Shown here: positions 9,865 through 19,499 of the stretch, one piece after another
Layout of the letters: the number at the start of each line of letters is the position of its first letter
Numbering within the stretch: position 1 is the first letter of the stretch
Sequence record: SRR31156797_3892
Reading direction: 5' to 3' (one strand)
Length of the DNA stretch: 64,000 nt
Translations under genes and position numbers: made by a program
The notes under the pieces: model-generated
Seen by the model: the letters and a program-made list of their open reading frames with translations, nothing else
Database searches by the model: none
Told to the model about the DNA's origin: nothing

Positions 9865-11490
9865 CTATTGACAATACTGCCTTCTCACCTGTTTGGCCGG
9901 TTCTGAACCCAGGCGGGATGCTTTGAGCCAATCGTTGCAGGCATCCTGCTTTCTACCCAACTGGTAAAAGGCGATCCCACGATTGTACCAGCCTTCGGCA
10001 TAATCATGTTTGAGTTTCAGTACGGTGTTAAAATCCGCTATAGCTTCCTGGTTTCGCCCAAGCGTTCCAAGAATAATCCCCCGGTTGTTATATGCCAGTA
10101 CATATTCAGGATTTAACCGGATAGCTTCCGAATAATGATCGAATGCCCGTTCATTTTGTTTTTCCTGATCATAAAGATTGCCCCGGTAAAAGTGAGCAGC
10201 GGCAACGTCATAATCAGAGTTTTCTTTTTGGATCACATCATTCAAAAGGTTGGTTGTATCACTCCATATCCCCGTCCTGTTATAGGTTGCACCCGCCAGA
10301 AACAGCATCCAAACAACCACAAAACCCCACCCCCATGAGGCCGGAATAATTTTCCTTGCCTGTTTGGATTTAAGATATTTGTCAAATAATATAGCCAACA
10401 CAAAAAATAATCCAAGATAGGAAACATAGGTATATCGCTCGGCTACAATAAATATCCTTGACCAGAAAAATGGCAGAACCGGAGCTATTGTAACCAGGAA
10501 AAACCCAAATCCAAAAATCAGTTCTCTCTTCAAGGATCTCGTTTTCCAAATCCAGATAACAATCCCGGCGAGAACCGGAAGACTCACATAATAAGCCCAT
10601 GGCAAGAAACCCCCATTCAATTCAGGGAAGGTATAAATAGCTGATAACTTGACGGGTAAAATCAATTTCCAGAGGTAGAAAAACAGTGATCCGGTGACCA
10701 GGAAAATCCGATCCAGGAAATTATAATCCTGAGTCAGGGCTTCGATGTGGCCAAAAGACTGCGCCGCTTTTACCGTTACAATGCCAAAAATCAACGACAG
10801 GAAAAAGAAAGGCACTTTTTCGATCCAGACATTCTTCGTCAGTTTTCTTCCATTATAATAATCCAGTAAAAGCATCACAAATGGAAAACTCACGGCCATC
10901 GATTTGGAAAACAAAGCCAGCACAAAAAATATTGCTGAATTAAAGATCCACCTGGGTTTGTTTCCGGACTCAAGATGTTTTAGGTATTGCATTCCGGCAA
11001 GCAGAAAAAACACAGTATACACACCATTACTCCGTGTAGCAATCCACGAAACAGCCTCCACATGCATGGGGTGAATTGCAAACAGCGAAGCAACTGCCAA
11101 CCCAAAAATATCATTTTCATGAAGCCTTCTCACAAAAAGAAACACCAGAAACGTATTGAGCAAATGCAGCAGCAGGTTCACCAACTGATATCCAAAAGCT
11201 GAATCCCCATGAAAAGCATAATTGAGGGAATAGGTTAATACGCCAATGGGTTGATACATACCCAGGTAATAGCTACTGAAAAAATGACCGAAACTTTCAC
11301 CGCTAAGGTTTTGGACAAATGGATCTTCGAGATAAACACCATCGTCCCAGCCAATTAAAACTTCATTGCTAAGATTGCCGGAAAAAACCAGGAAGGTCAC
11401 CGCAAGCAGCGAGAAAAGCAGTACAGGAGTTTGTCGGGAATATGCGGATGTGGGTATATCCAACGTTTTTGATTTTCGACGAGCTGCCAT
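9865..11490 (-). CDS. TMTC-like GT-C membrane glycosyltransferase with C-terminal TPR repeats
   Basis: WDD motif after TM1, YQP, LFAIHPMHVEAVSWIA, LFSKSMAV, AERYTY; TPR units AHFYRGN, AYNNRG, GWYNRG. Confidence 0.82.
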   Translation of the reverse strand: MAARRKSKTLDIPTSAYSRQTPVLLFSLLAVTFLVFSGNLSNEVLIGWDDGVYLEDPFVQNLSGESFGHFFSSYYLGMYQPIGVLTYSLNYAFHGDSAFGYQLVNLLLHLLNTFLVFLFVRRLHENDIFGLAVASLFAIHPMHVEAVSWIATRSNGVYTVFFLLAGMQYLKHLESGNKPRWIFNSAIFFVLALFSKSMAVSFPFVMLLLDYYNGRKLTKNVWIEKVPFFFLSLIFGIVTVKAAQSFGHIEALTQDYNFLDRIFLVTGSLFFYLWKLILPVKLSAIYTFPELNGGFLPWAYYVSLPVLAGIVIWIWKTRSLKRELIFGFGFFLVTIAPVLPFFWSRIFIVAERYTYVSYLGLFFVLAILFDKYLKSKQARKIIPASWGWGFVVVWMLFLAGATYNRTGIWSDTTNLLNDVIQKENSDYDVAAAHFYRGNLYDQEKQNERAFDHYSEAIRLNPEYVLAYNNRGIILGTLGRNQEAIADFNTVLKLKHDYAEGWYNRGIAFYQLGRKQDACNDWLKASRLGSEPAKQVRRQYCQ

Positions 11491-11554
11491 TATTTCAAAT
11501 TTGTATCTCGTACAAAAATAAGGGAATCAGCAATCTTCCCAAATCATTCAAAAC

Positions 11555-11581
11555 AAAAAAAGCAGGCCAATGACCTGCTTT
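11555..11581 (-). terminator. Intrinsic terminator
   Basis: AAAGCAGG-7nt-CCTGCTTT with an A-run on the plus strand (U-tract on minus). Confidence 0.7.
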
Positions 11582-11610
11582 AGATAAATACTTTAAATCA
11601 TGTTGAAATA

Positions 11611-11961
11611 TCAGGCTTTGTTTCTCCTGGCATCCACAAAACTTTTGATGTAAACACCAAGTGCAATAAGTCCCCAAACAATCATAACTACTACCCTGGC
11701 CATGGCCATGTTATCGGCACGATCAAGAGCACCCATCAGTGGTTTAACTAGGCCCCCTAAAACGAGAACCGTCAAAACAACTACGATATGCGCAATAGTT
11801 TTGTTCTCTTTTTTCATTCCCGGTGTTAAGGCCAGAAGCACCACGCCAAAGCCAATGGGGATAAATGCTGTTGCTGAAGGGTTTTCTGATGCTGTGTATC
11901 CCCAAATGCTCAGCAACACCAGGAGAATTCCATAAATTAAGTTTACTACATATGGTTTCAT
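11611..11961 (-). CDS. Small four-TM membrane protein (TMEM14-like appearance)
   Basis: 116 aa, four hydrophobic helices, YGILL..WGY and TAFIP motifs. Confidence 0.7.
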   Translation of the reverse strand: MKPYVVNLIYGILLVLLSIWGYTASENPSATAFIPIGFGVVLLALTPGMKKENKTIAHIVVVLTVLVLGGLVKPLMGALDRADNMAMARVVVMIVWGLIALGVYIKSFVDARRNKA

Positions 11962-11988
11962 GATTATAATTTTTGTTATAGGTCAACA

Positions 11989-12012
11989 AACAATGGAAGG
12001 GTAGAAAAGTTT
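11989..12012 (-). promoter_or_regulatory. Putative ECF-sigma promoter AAAC-N16-TGTT
   Basis: 27 nt upstream of the 11961 start; same motif and spacing at 36046 and 41750. Confidence 0.4.
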
Positions 12013-12046
12013 TGTAAATAATCCAGAAACTGCAAGTAAGAAAAAG

Positions 12047-12358
12047 CTACTTCAATTTAGATGTGTCGATTGAATTTTCAATCAGTCGCGCTGTATGGTG
12101 CACAGTAAGAATGTCAATACGGATTTCGGAAACAATCTTATATGCAATTCGATAATTACCACGAATTAATTCACGAATACTTTCATTCTGAAATTGTTGA
12201 ATTATTTTTCCAGCCTTAGGATAATCCTCGAGAATATCTGCAGCATAAAAAAGCTTTTCCACAGTAATGCCAGCATATCGCACTGAATCTTTCGCAATGT
12301 AATTTCCGATATCATCCAAATCCTTGATAGCATTATCAGTCCAGACTACCTTAACCAT
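12047..12358 (-). CDS. RelE/ParE family type II toxin
   Basis: VVWTDNAIKDLDDIGNYI, IRELIRGNYRIAY, ILTVHH. Confidence 0.9.
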   Translation of the reverse strand: MVKVVWTDNAIKDLDDIGNYIAKDSVRYAGITVEKLFYAADILEDYPKAGKIIQQFQNESIRELIRGNYRIAYKIVSEIRIDILTVHHTARLIENSIDTSKLK

Positions 12359-12528
12359 TTGCTTAGCTTTTCCTTTGCTTTTTCTTTAGACTGGACACGA
12401 TTATTATCCGAGTCAGCAAGCCCTTGCTGTACTTTTTCAAGATATACCAATTCATCAATCACCTGATCAATCGTAAGCTCATCCGGCATTTTATCCAGTG
12501 TTTTTAGAATTTGAGTTTTTGTTACCAT
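12346..12528 (-). CDS. Cognate antitoxin of the RelE/ParE toxin
   Basis: 60 aa, directly upstream of and overlapping the toxin; LDKMPDE..IDQVIDEL..LEKVQQGLAD..KW pattern. Confidence 0.8.
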   Translation of the reverse strand: MVTKTQILKTLDKMPDELTIDQVIDELVYLEKVQQGLADSDNNRVQSKEKAKEKLSKWLR

Positions 12529-12635
12529 GATTAATTACCAATTGTTTAACAACTTAAACGAATATAAAACACTAATCTTTTAACACAATTCAATTTAAGG
12601 CTTTGTCTACACAAACATAGCAAATATCATGAAAC

Positions 12636-12667
12636 AAAAAAAGGATGACAATCTGCCACCCCCTTTT
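12636..12667 (-). terminator. Intrinsic terminator of the S9 peptidase gene
   Basis: Minus strand GGGTGGCA-GAT-TGTCATCC (with G-U pairs) followed by T7. Confidence 0.65.
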
Positions 12668-12687
12668 GTATTGTTTTTATGGTTTTT

Positions 12688-14589
12688 CTAAATCTCTTCT
12701 TTGTCTTTCAAATATTCATTCAAAAACTCCAGGATTTTGCCATTGGCTTCAATCTGGTTTTCGGTTTTTACAAAACCGTGCCCTTCATCTTCAAACAACA
12801 CGTATTCAACCGGAACGCCATTTGCGCGGGCAGCCTCCACAATTTCATCAGATTCTACCTGCAAAACACGCGGATCCTGGGCGCCCTGCAACACCATAAC
12901 AGGCCGCTGAATCTTATGGGCATGGAACAGTGGTGAAATACGATACAGGCGAGCAGAATCAATTGCCGGATCACCCATTTCCTCATAAAGTGCATTTTTA
13001 AACGACTCCCACCATGGCGGGATACTCTTGAGGGTTCGTAACCAGTTGGTGACACCAAACAGGTTCACTCCAACTGCAAAAGCATCAGGCTTGTCTGTGA
13101 GGGCCTGCATAACCATGTACCCACCATACGATCCACCAATGATTCCAATCTTTTCCGGATCGATTTTACCTGTTGATTCAAGGTAATCTTTAGCATAAAT
13201 ACAGTCCATCAAATCGCCTTCGCCATGATTCTGGTCGTCCAGCCTGTAAAAAGTTTTGCCATACCCACTGCTGCCGCGATTGTTCACAGCAATGATGGCA
13301 TAACCATGGTTTACAAGGTACTGTATCAAAGGACGATAATAAAGCGTAGATTGCCCACCAGGCCCACCATGAACCCATACCAGAGCAGGTACTTTATTTT
13401 CTTCGGATGCCTGGTGAGGCATGTACATTAGTGCAGGAATTTCTAATCCATCGAAAGATTTGTATCGGACAACCGTTCCGGCAACCAGATCTTCAGGGTC
13501 AATTTCCGGATTGAGTGTATTGGTGAGTTTTACAACTTTCCCACTTTTAAAATTATAGGTATAAATGTCAGATGTTGACCTGGAGGAACCTGCTGAAAAA
13601 CTCATCATCGTTTCATCACGCGAAATGCGGACCGAAGAAATCTCTCCTGCGTCAATATCCGGAAACTGAACCGGATTCATGGTCTTGGCATCAAACAGCC
13701 TGATTTGGGTACGGGCATCCTCATTTACGCCAATCACCAGGTATTTTTCATTGTATGAAAAATAAGCATAACTCACATCCCAGTCCTCAGCATACATTTT
13801 TTCTGTTTTTCCTGAGTTGATGTCATATTTAACCAGGTAGCTAAATTCCTCACCTTCATCAGTGATATAATAAAACGTATTGTTGTCCAGGCTGAAATCG
13901 GTTGCACTATAACTTGAATTTGGATTTTCAGGCGATATCGAAATTAGCTTTTCATTTTTCAAATCATAGAGAAAGAGCTCATTGATCGAGGTGGTAATGG
14001 ATTTTGTGAGTGCGAGGTATTGTTTATTTGGAGATAACACCGAAATGCTGTATCCTTCCGTGTTTTCGAAGAGCATCTTAGCTTGAAAATTATCTATTGT
14101 CATCTCATACAAATCCATAAACCTTTCATCACGCTTATTGCTGGTAAAGAAATAGCTTTGTTTATCGTGCGCCCAACCGTAAAACGAACTTCTGGCTTCC
14201 GTTTCAGGAGTCAGGTCTGTAACGGAACCATCAATATCACGCATAAAAATGTGATAAATCTCATTGCCGTTGTTATCGCTTCTGAACATAATCCGGTCAT
14301 CATCCGGAAAAAATGAAATGGCAATAATCGAGCTGGTGTCAGAGTGTGTCACCGGCTCGGGTAAGCCTCCAGTACTCGGTATGGTATAAACATTATAAAT
14401 TCCTGATTCGTTACTTGTTACCAGTACTTCTTGATTGTTGCTTGAAAATGAGCCCCCACCAATACTGGTGTTATTCATAAACTGCTCAATGGTGTACTGT
14501 TTTACATCCCAAGTTTCGTTGGGTTGGTTGCAGCACGAATACAACACTGCAGAAATAAAAAGGATAATAATAAAAGTGAAATTTCGCAT
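12688..14589 (-). CDS. S9 family peptidase (acylaminoacyl/dipeptidyl peptidase type), probable lipoprotein
   Basis: Lipobox-like YSC; beta-propeller N-terminus; VHGGP, GGSYGG nucleophile, DPRV, DEGHGF. Confidence 0.92.
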   Translation of the reverse strand: MRNFTFIIILFISAVLYSCCNQPNETWDVKQYTIEQFMNNTSIGGGSFSSNNQEVLVTSNESGIYNVYTIPSTGGLPEPVTHSDTSSIIAISFFPDDDRIMFRSDNNGNEIYHIFMRDIDGSVTDLTPETEARSSFYGWAHDKQSYFFTSNKRDERFMDLYEMTIDNFQAKMLFENTEGYSISVLSPNKQYLALTKSITTSINELFLYDLKNEKLISISPENPNSSYSATDFSLDNNTFYYITDEGEEFSYLVKYDINSGKTEKMYAEDWDVSYAYFSYNEKYLVIGVNEDARTQIRLFDAKTMNPVQFPDIDAGEISSVRISRDETMMSFSAGSSRSTSDIYTYNFKSGKVVKLTNTLNPEIDPEDLVAGTVVRYKSFDGLEIPALMYMPHQASEENKVPALVWVHGGPGGQSTLYYRPLIQYLVNHGYAIIAVNNRGSSGYGKTFYRLDDQNHGEGDLMDCIYAKDYLESTGKIDPEKIGIIGGSYGGYMVMQALTDKPDAFAVGVNLFGVTNWLRTLKSIPPWWESFKNALYEEMGDPAIDSARLYRISPLFHAHKIQRPVMVLQGAQDPRVLQVESDEIVEAARANGVPVEYVLFEDEGHGFVKTENQIEANGKILEFLNEYLKDKEEI

Positions 14590-14777
14590 ATCGATTCCTG
14601 TTTTAATGATTTGAGAAAGCCTTGATCAACTTACATGCCGGATTACAGGACTTTTTGTTTTTCAATAACTTAAGCATCGAATTGTTCATAGAATCATGAT
14701 GAGATGTACGGAAGTGTTATACGGGTGTTCACAAACGTACAAACCGAATTTACTATTTTTGGCGCCGCTTTTTACAC

Positions 14778-15788
14778 ATGGAAAACTTCTGGAAACAAAT
14801 AACAAAGCCAACTTTTATGCTTGCGCCCATGGAAGATGTTACCGACACATCTTTCAGGGAACTGGTCATGCGCATTTCGCACCCTGATTATTTCCAGGTT
14901 GTCTTTACTGAATTTACCTCCACCGACGGTTTGTGCCATCCGGTTGGAAGGCCCAATGTAAGCAGCAGGCTCAGGGTTAACGAATCTGAATGGCAGGTGC
15001 TCAGGGAAAAAGGAATGAAGATCGTTGCCCAGATATGGGGGGCAAACCCGGAGAAGTATGCTGAGGCCACAAAAATGATATGTGAGGAATACAACTTCGA
15101 TGGTATCGACATCAACATGGGATGTCCGGTAAAAAAGATCGTGAAACAAGGCGCTTGCTCAGCATTGATCGGCCAGCCTGCACTTGCTGCAGAAATCATC
15201 CAGGCCACAAAGGAAGCCAGCAATGTGCCGGTGAGCATAAAAACACGTACCGGCATAAAAAAACATGATACTGAAAACTGGATCAGCCATTTGCTGAAAC
15301 AGGAACCGGCTGCTTTAATCCTGCATTGCCGAACCCAAAAAGATCAATCGGAGGTACCTGCTGATTGGAATGAAATTAAAAAAGCGGTGAGTGTGAGAAA
15401 TGCTTCAGGAATGGACATTCCGCTATATGGCAATGGTGATGTTTGGAGTGTGGAAGACGCCCTTGAAAAATGCAAAATCACCGGAGCCGATGGCGTGATG
15501 GTTGGCCGCGGGATTTTCCATAACCCCTGGATTTTTAATCATCCACAGCCCGAAGTTTCAGTTGCAGATAAACTGGATCTGCTCTGGAAACACGTGGAGC
15601 TTTTTACGGGAACATGGGGGTCTGAAAAGAATTTCAATATCCTGAAACGCTTCTTCAAGATTTACACCAATAACTTTCATGGTGCCGCAAGGCTCAGGGC
15701 AGAACTGATGGAGACAAACAATGCTGAGGAAGTGAGAAAAATTCTGGATAGTTTTGATATGCATTCAAACGCAAATACTCTTATTTAA
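14778..15788 (+). CDS. tRNA-dihydrouridine synthase (Dus family)
   Basis: LAPMEDVTD, IDINMGCP, PVSIKTR, LHCRT, GNGDV, DGVMVGRG. Confidence 0.93.
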   Translation: MENFWKQITKPTFMLAPMEDVTDTSFRELVMRISHPDYFQVVFTEFTSTDGLCHPVGRPNVSSRLRVNESEWQVLREKGMKIVAQIWGANPEKYAEATKMICEEYNFDGIDINMGCPVKKIVKQGACSALIGQPALAAEIIQATKEASNVPVSIKTRTGIKKHDTENWISHLLKQEPAALILHCRTQKDQSEVPADWNEIKKAVSVRNASGMDIPLYGNGDVWSVEDALEKCKITGADGVMVGRGIFHNPWIFNHPQPEVSVADKLDLLWKHVELFTGTWGSEKNFNILKRFFKIYTNNFHGAARLRAELMETNNAEEVRKILDSFDMHSNANTLI

Positions 15789-15891
15789 TCTTCCTTGAGC
15801 AACAAAGCTTCTACCTAAAACATATTGATATTTTGCAAACATTTAATTTCCTCTATTTTGTATTTTTGATTTCTTAAATTAGCAAAACATT

Positions 15892-16119
15892 ATGCAAGAT
15901 TTATATCAACCCTTTACGAATGCTCAGTTGGAGATTATTAAAGCATTCTCTTTTAATTTGAAGCCTGATGAATTAATTGATTTTAAGGACACAATTGCAA
16001 ATTTTTTTGCTGAAAGAGCAATAGCTGCAGCCGATCAGAACTGGGAAGACAAGGGCTGGACAAATGAAAAAGTGGACAACCTATTAAATGAAAAACTACG
16101 CTCCGGTAAAAGACCTTAA
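15892..16119 (+). CDS. Small protein, probable antitoxin of a PIN-type TA pair, now orphaned
   Basis: 75 aa; TNAQLEIIKAF..EL...IANFFAE..WE.KGWT pattern resembles Bacteroidota PIN partners; immediately upstream of a PIN-start remnant. Confidence 0.6.
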   Translation: MQDLYQPFTNAQLEIIKAFSFNLKPDELIDFKDTIANFFAERAIAAADQNWEDKGWTNEKVDNLLNEKLRSGKRP

Positions 16120-16122
16120 GCC

Positions 16123-16173
16123 ATGAAAGTGGTTTTAGATACTAGAGCTTTCGAGAAGAGATTGTTCCAATAA
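16123..16173 (+). pseudogene. Truncated PIN-domain toxin remnant
   Basis: Translates MKVVLDTRAFEKRLFQ*; MKVVLDT is the typical PIN N-terminus. Confidence 0.6.
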
Positions 16174-16281
16174 ACATATTCAAATTGTTATACCATCACC
16201 TGATGCGGGCCATATCACAAACCTTGCATTTCAAATAGATAGCTCGTATAATATTTTTCACTTGAATCAAAACCACTGCAA

Positions 16282-17466
16282 ATGAACCCATTTCCAAAAG
16301 TTTTCTTGAAACCCAACCGCGAGCGCTCCCTCAAGCGGTTTCACCTGTGGGTGTTTTCAGGCGCCATAAAAGGAATTCAAGGCAAAGCCGAAGAAGGAGA
16401 TATTGTGGAAGTTTGTGACAGCGATGGAAATTACCTGGCTACCGGCCACATCCAAAACGGATCTATCACAGTAAGGATAATCTCTTTCAATCAAACCGAT
16501 GCCGGAAAAGAATTCTGGAAATCGAAATTTGGAAAGGCCATCTCGTTGAGAAAAACTTTAGGATTGATGGAAAACCCGGAAACCAATGTTTTCAGATTGA
16601 TCCATGGCGAAGGTGATGGTTTCCCGGGGCTGATTGTGGATTATTATAATGGCGTTGCTGTTATCCAGGCGCACTCCGTTGGCATGTGGCGCCATAAGGA
16701 GCTTTTCGCAGAAATACTTGTTGAATTGCTTGGTGATAAGCTAATTGCCGTTTACGACAAAAGTGAATCCACCTTAAACGAAGCAAATACTGAGGATGAA
16801 ACCAATTTCCTGTATGGCGACTCCGAAAATATCCGGGTAAAAGAATACGGCCATTCATTTGAAATTGATTTTCAGAAAGGCCAGAAAACCGGATTTTTCG
16901 TGGATCAGCGCGAAAACAGGAATTTACTTTCAAAGTATTGCAATGACAAAAAAGTAGCCAACATTTTTGGATATACCGGTGGATTTTCGGTTTATGCGGC
17001 TGCGGCCGGTGCTAAAACTGTGGATACCCTTGACAGTTCTGAAAGGGCCATTAGCCTTGCCAGGAAAAACATGGAGGTTAATTTTGGTGTGCAGCAAAAT
17101 CACCGGTATTTTACACAGGACGCTTTTGAATTCCTGAAAAACCCACCCGAGAAATATGATGTGATTGCGCTGGATCCTCCTGCCTTTGCCAAACACCAGC
17201 AAGCCAAGAAGAATGCATTAAAGGCTTACAGCCGGATAAATGAAGCAGCCATAAGAAATCTGACATCGGGCGGAATTTTATTTACTTTTTCCTGTTCACA
17301 GGCAGTTTCCAAGGAAGATTTCAGAAAAGCTGTTTTCACCTCTGCAGCAAACACAGGCAGGCCTGTCCGGGTGCTTCATCAACTTAACCAGCCAGCGGAC
17401 CATCCTGTGAATATTTATCACCCTGAGGGAGAATATTTAAAGGGATTGGTGCTGTTCGTTGAGTAG
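16282..17466 (+). CDS. rlmI: 23S rRNA m5C1962-type methyltransferase (PUA + class I SAM domain)
   Basis: HLWVFSGAI, FRLIHGEGDGFPGLIVD, GQKTGFFVDQR, LDPPAF, TFSCS, PEGEYLKG. Confidence 0.9.
   Translation: MNPFPKVFLKPNRERSLKRFHLWVFSGAIKGIQGKAEEGDIVEVCDSDGNYLATGHIQNGSITVRIISFNQTDAGKEFWKSKFGKAISLRKTLGLMENPETNVFRLIHGEGDGFPGLIVDYYNGVAVIQAHSVGMWRHKELFAEILVELLGDKLIAVYDKSESTLNEANTEDETNFLYGDSENIRVKEYGHSFEIDFQKGQKTGFFVDQRENRNLLSKYCNDKKVANIFGYTGGFSVYAAAAGAKTVDTLDSSERAISLARKNMEVNFGVQQNHRYFTQDAFEFLKNPPEKYDVIALDPPAFAKHQQAKKNALKAYSRINEAAIRNLTSGGILFTFSCSQAVSKEDFRKAVFTSAANTGRPVRVLHQLNQPADHPVNIYHPEGEYLKGLVLFVE
17428..17466 (+). repeat. Direct repeat copy 1 (3' end of rlmI)
   Basis: 34/39 identical to 18490-18528 by manual alignment. 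Confidence 0.85.
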
Positions 17467-17688
17467 TGGAAAGTTAATTCGTTATCAAATTATTGGTTAA
17501 TTGGTTTTAATATACCGAACAATTAAATATCCGGATACTAAATCCGGGGGGAAAGAGTAATTTATAGATCAAATTTTCTTCACGTTTAACACCTCAAATT
17601 GTTTACTTCTTAACGACATTATCAATGGGGTTTTTTGGATATTTATTCAGGATATCGACATTTAAGATAATGCGATAAAATTTTTGAT

Positions 17689-17769
17689 ACGTATAATTCA
17701 ATATTTTTTTGACACGTGTAAAATATTTTTTACATTTGCACGTATAATTCATAAAATAATTAAACGTGT
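17689..17769 (+). promoter_or_regulatory. Bacteroidota housekeeping promoter overlapped by four ACGT-core putative operator sites
   Basis: TTTG (17708)-N19-TACATTTG (17731); ACGTATAATTCA at 17689 and 17740, ACGTGT at 17714 and 17764. Confidence 0.65.
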
Positions 17770-17770
17770 C

Positions 17771-18028
17771 ATGAATACCAAACTGACTTTAACCATCGAA
17801 CAATCATTGATCGAAAAAGCCAAAAAATATGCAAAGGGTCAGGGAAGGAGCCTCTCGAATATAATTGAGAATTATCTGAAAGCTATCATCAATGAAGAAA
17901 GCACAAAGATTGTTGACTCTTCACCTATTACAACTTCATTGCGGGGATCGTTTAAGGTAAGCAGCGATTTTGATTACAAAGAGGAATTGTCCAATGCTTT
18001 GGCAAAAAAATACCTGAATCATGAATAG
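17771..18028 (+). CDS. DUF6364-like ribbon-helix-helix antitoxin
   Basis: MNTKLTLTIEQSLIEKAKKYAKGQGRSLSNIIENYL; ATG at 17771 lies downstream of the promoter; overlaps the PIN gene. Confidence 0.85.
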   Translation: MNTKLTLTIEQSLIEKAKKYAKGQGRSLSNIIENYLKAIINEESTKIVDSSPITTSLRGSFKVSSDFDYKEELSNALAKKYLNHE

Positions 18029-18446
18029 ACTTTTGCTTGACACTGACATAATTCTGGACTTTTTCTTTGACAGACAGCCTTTCTCCGAATATTCCGCACA
18101 AGTACTTGGACTTTGTGAAACAGGTAAAATTCAAGGTTTTTTGACGCCTGTAATTTACAGCAACCTCTATTATTTGCTCCGTAAAACAGCAAGACATCAA
18201 AAAGTAATTGAAAAATTAAAACAGCTATTAACAATTACTGGAGTTTTGACGATGGATAAAGAGATAGTTAGCAATGCCCTAACATCCGATTTTAAGGATT
18301 TTGAGGATGGTTTGCAATACTTTGCTGCCATGAAAAATGCAGGCATTGATGTAATCCTTACACGAAATCTGAAGGACTACAGCAAAAGTGAAATTGGGGT
18401 TATGACTCCAGAATCATTTATCAAGACTTTGATTGCGAAAGCATAA
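18021..18446 (+). CDS. PIN domain toxin (VapC-like)
   Basis: LLLDTDIILDFF, DFEDGLQY, ILTRNLKDY. Confidence 0.9.
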   Translation: MNRLLLDTDIILDFFFDRQPFSEYSAQVLGLCETGKIQGFLTPVIYSNLYYLLRKTARHQKVIEKLKQLLTITGVLTMDKEIVSNALTSDFKDFEDGLQYFAAMKNAGIDVILTRNLKDYSKSEIGVMTPESFIKTLIAKA

Positions 18447-18489
18447 AACGATTTTAGCCTCTCTCATTTTTAAAGTTCAATGAACACAT

Positions 18490-18528
18490 GGAGAATATTT
18501 CAAGGGATTGGGGTTGTTTGTTTAGTAG
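18490..18528 (+). repeat. Direct repeat copy 2 (degenerate duplicate of the rlmI 3' end)
   Basis: GGAGAATATTTCAAGGGATTGGGGTTGTTTGTTTAGTAG versus GGAGAATATTTAAAGGGATTGGTGCTGTTCGTTGAGTAG. Confidence 0.85.
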
Positions 18529-18683
18529 GGAATAAGTTATTGGTTATTTGGATATTTGACTATTTGGACATTAATCTTCCACCTTTCTGCATAAGCAGAT
18601 TTGAAATCCGGCAAAGCATGTTATTTTAAAAATCAATTACCTTTAAAAATCCTACTTTTGAACCTGGTTTAAAATCAAAATTT

Positions 18684-19463
18684 ATGAAACAGTTCCTAAA
18701 TGTAATATTTTTTGCAGCAATCATCCTCCAGGGATGTAATACACAGGAAGGGCCGGCAATTGTTGCTGTATCCTACATCAGTGGAAACCCGGAGGAAAGC
18801 AATTACATCAAATGGCTAAAAAGCGTTGACCCGGAATTACAATATCAGGTGATGAATAATTTGCCGATGGATTCGGTGGAGATAGTTTTTGATGACTGTT
18901 CAGCATTATTGCTTACAGGTGGTGAGGATGTATACCCCGGAAGGTACGGCCAGGCTGTTGATACCATAAATTGTGGCACCATAAATTACTACCGCGATTC
19001 GCTGGAATTTTTATTGATCGATCTGGCTATGAAACAGGAAACCCCGGTTTTAGGAATTTGCCGCGGACAGCAAATCCTGAATGTGGCCATGGGGGGAAGC
19101 CTCATTGTAGATATCCCAACAGAACTCCACACCCTTGTTTATCACCGTTGCCACGACTGGAAAAACTGCTACCATGATGTTACCCTGATTCCAAACCAAC
19201 AACTGGCCAGGCTCTCAGGTGTTATTGAGGGTAATGTTACATCAAACCATCATCAGGCCATAAAAAGACTTGCTGATCCTTTCAGGGTGCTGGCAACAGC
19301 CAACGATGGCATCGTGGAATCCATTGGGTGGAAAGACCCAACGGATAAACCCTGGCTGCTTGCCGTGCAGTGGCACCCCGAGCGCATGGATTCCACCAAT
19401 ATGCTGTCCTGGCCGATTGCAGAAAAATTCCTTACTGAGGCAAGAAATTACCAACGAAAGTAG
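18684..19463 (+). CDS. Peptidase C26 / gamma-glutamyl-gamma-aminobutyrate hydrolase family lipoprotein
   Basis: Lipobox LQGC; LLLTGGEDV, LGICRG, SNHHQAI, VQWHPE. Confidence 0.9.
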   Translation: MKQFLNVIFFAAIILQGCNTQEGPAIVAVSYISGNPEESNYIKWLKSVDPELQYQVMNNLPMDSVEIVFDDCSALLLTGGEDVYPGRYGQAVDTINCGTINYYRDSLEFLLIDLAMKQETPVLGICRGQQILNVAMGGSLIVDIPTELHTLVYHRCHDWKNCYHDVTLIPNQQLARLSGVIEGNVTSNHHQAIKRLADPFRVLATANDGIVESIGWKDPTDKPWLLAVQWHPERMDSTNMLSWPIAEKFLTEARNYQRK

Positions 19464-19499
19464 TTATTGTTGCTCATCACAAATTAAAACCGTTACATC

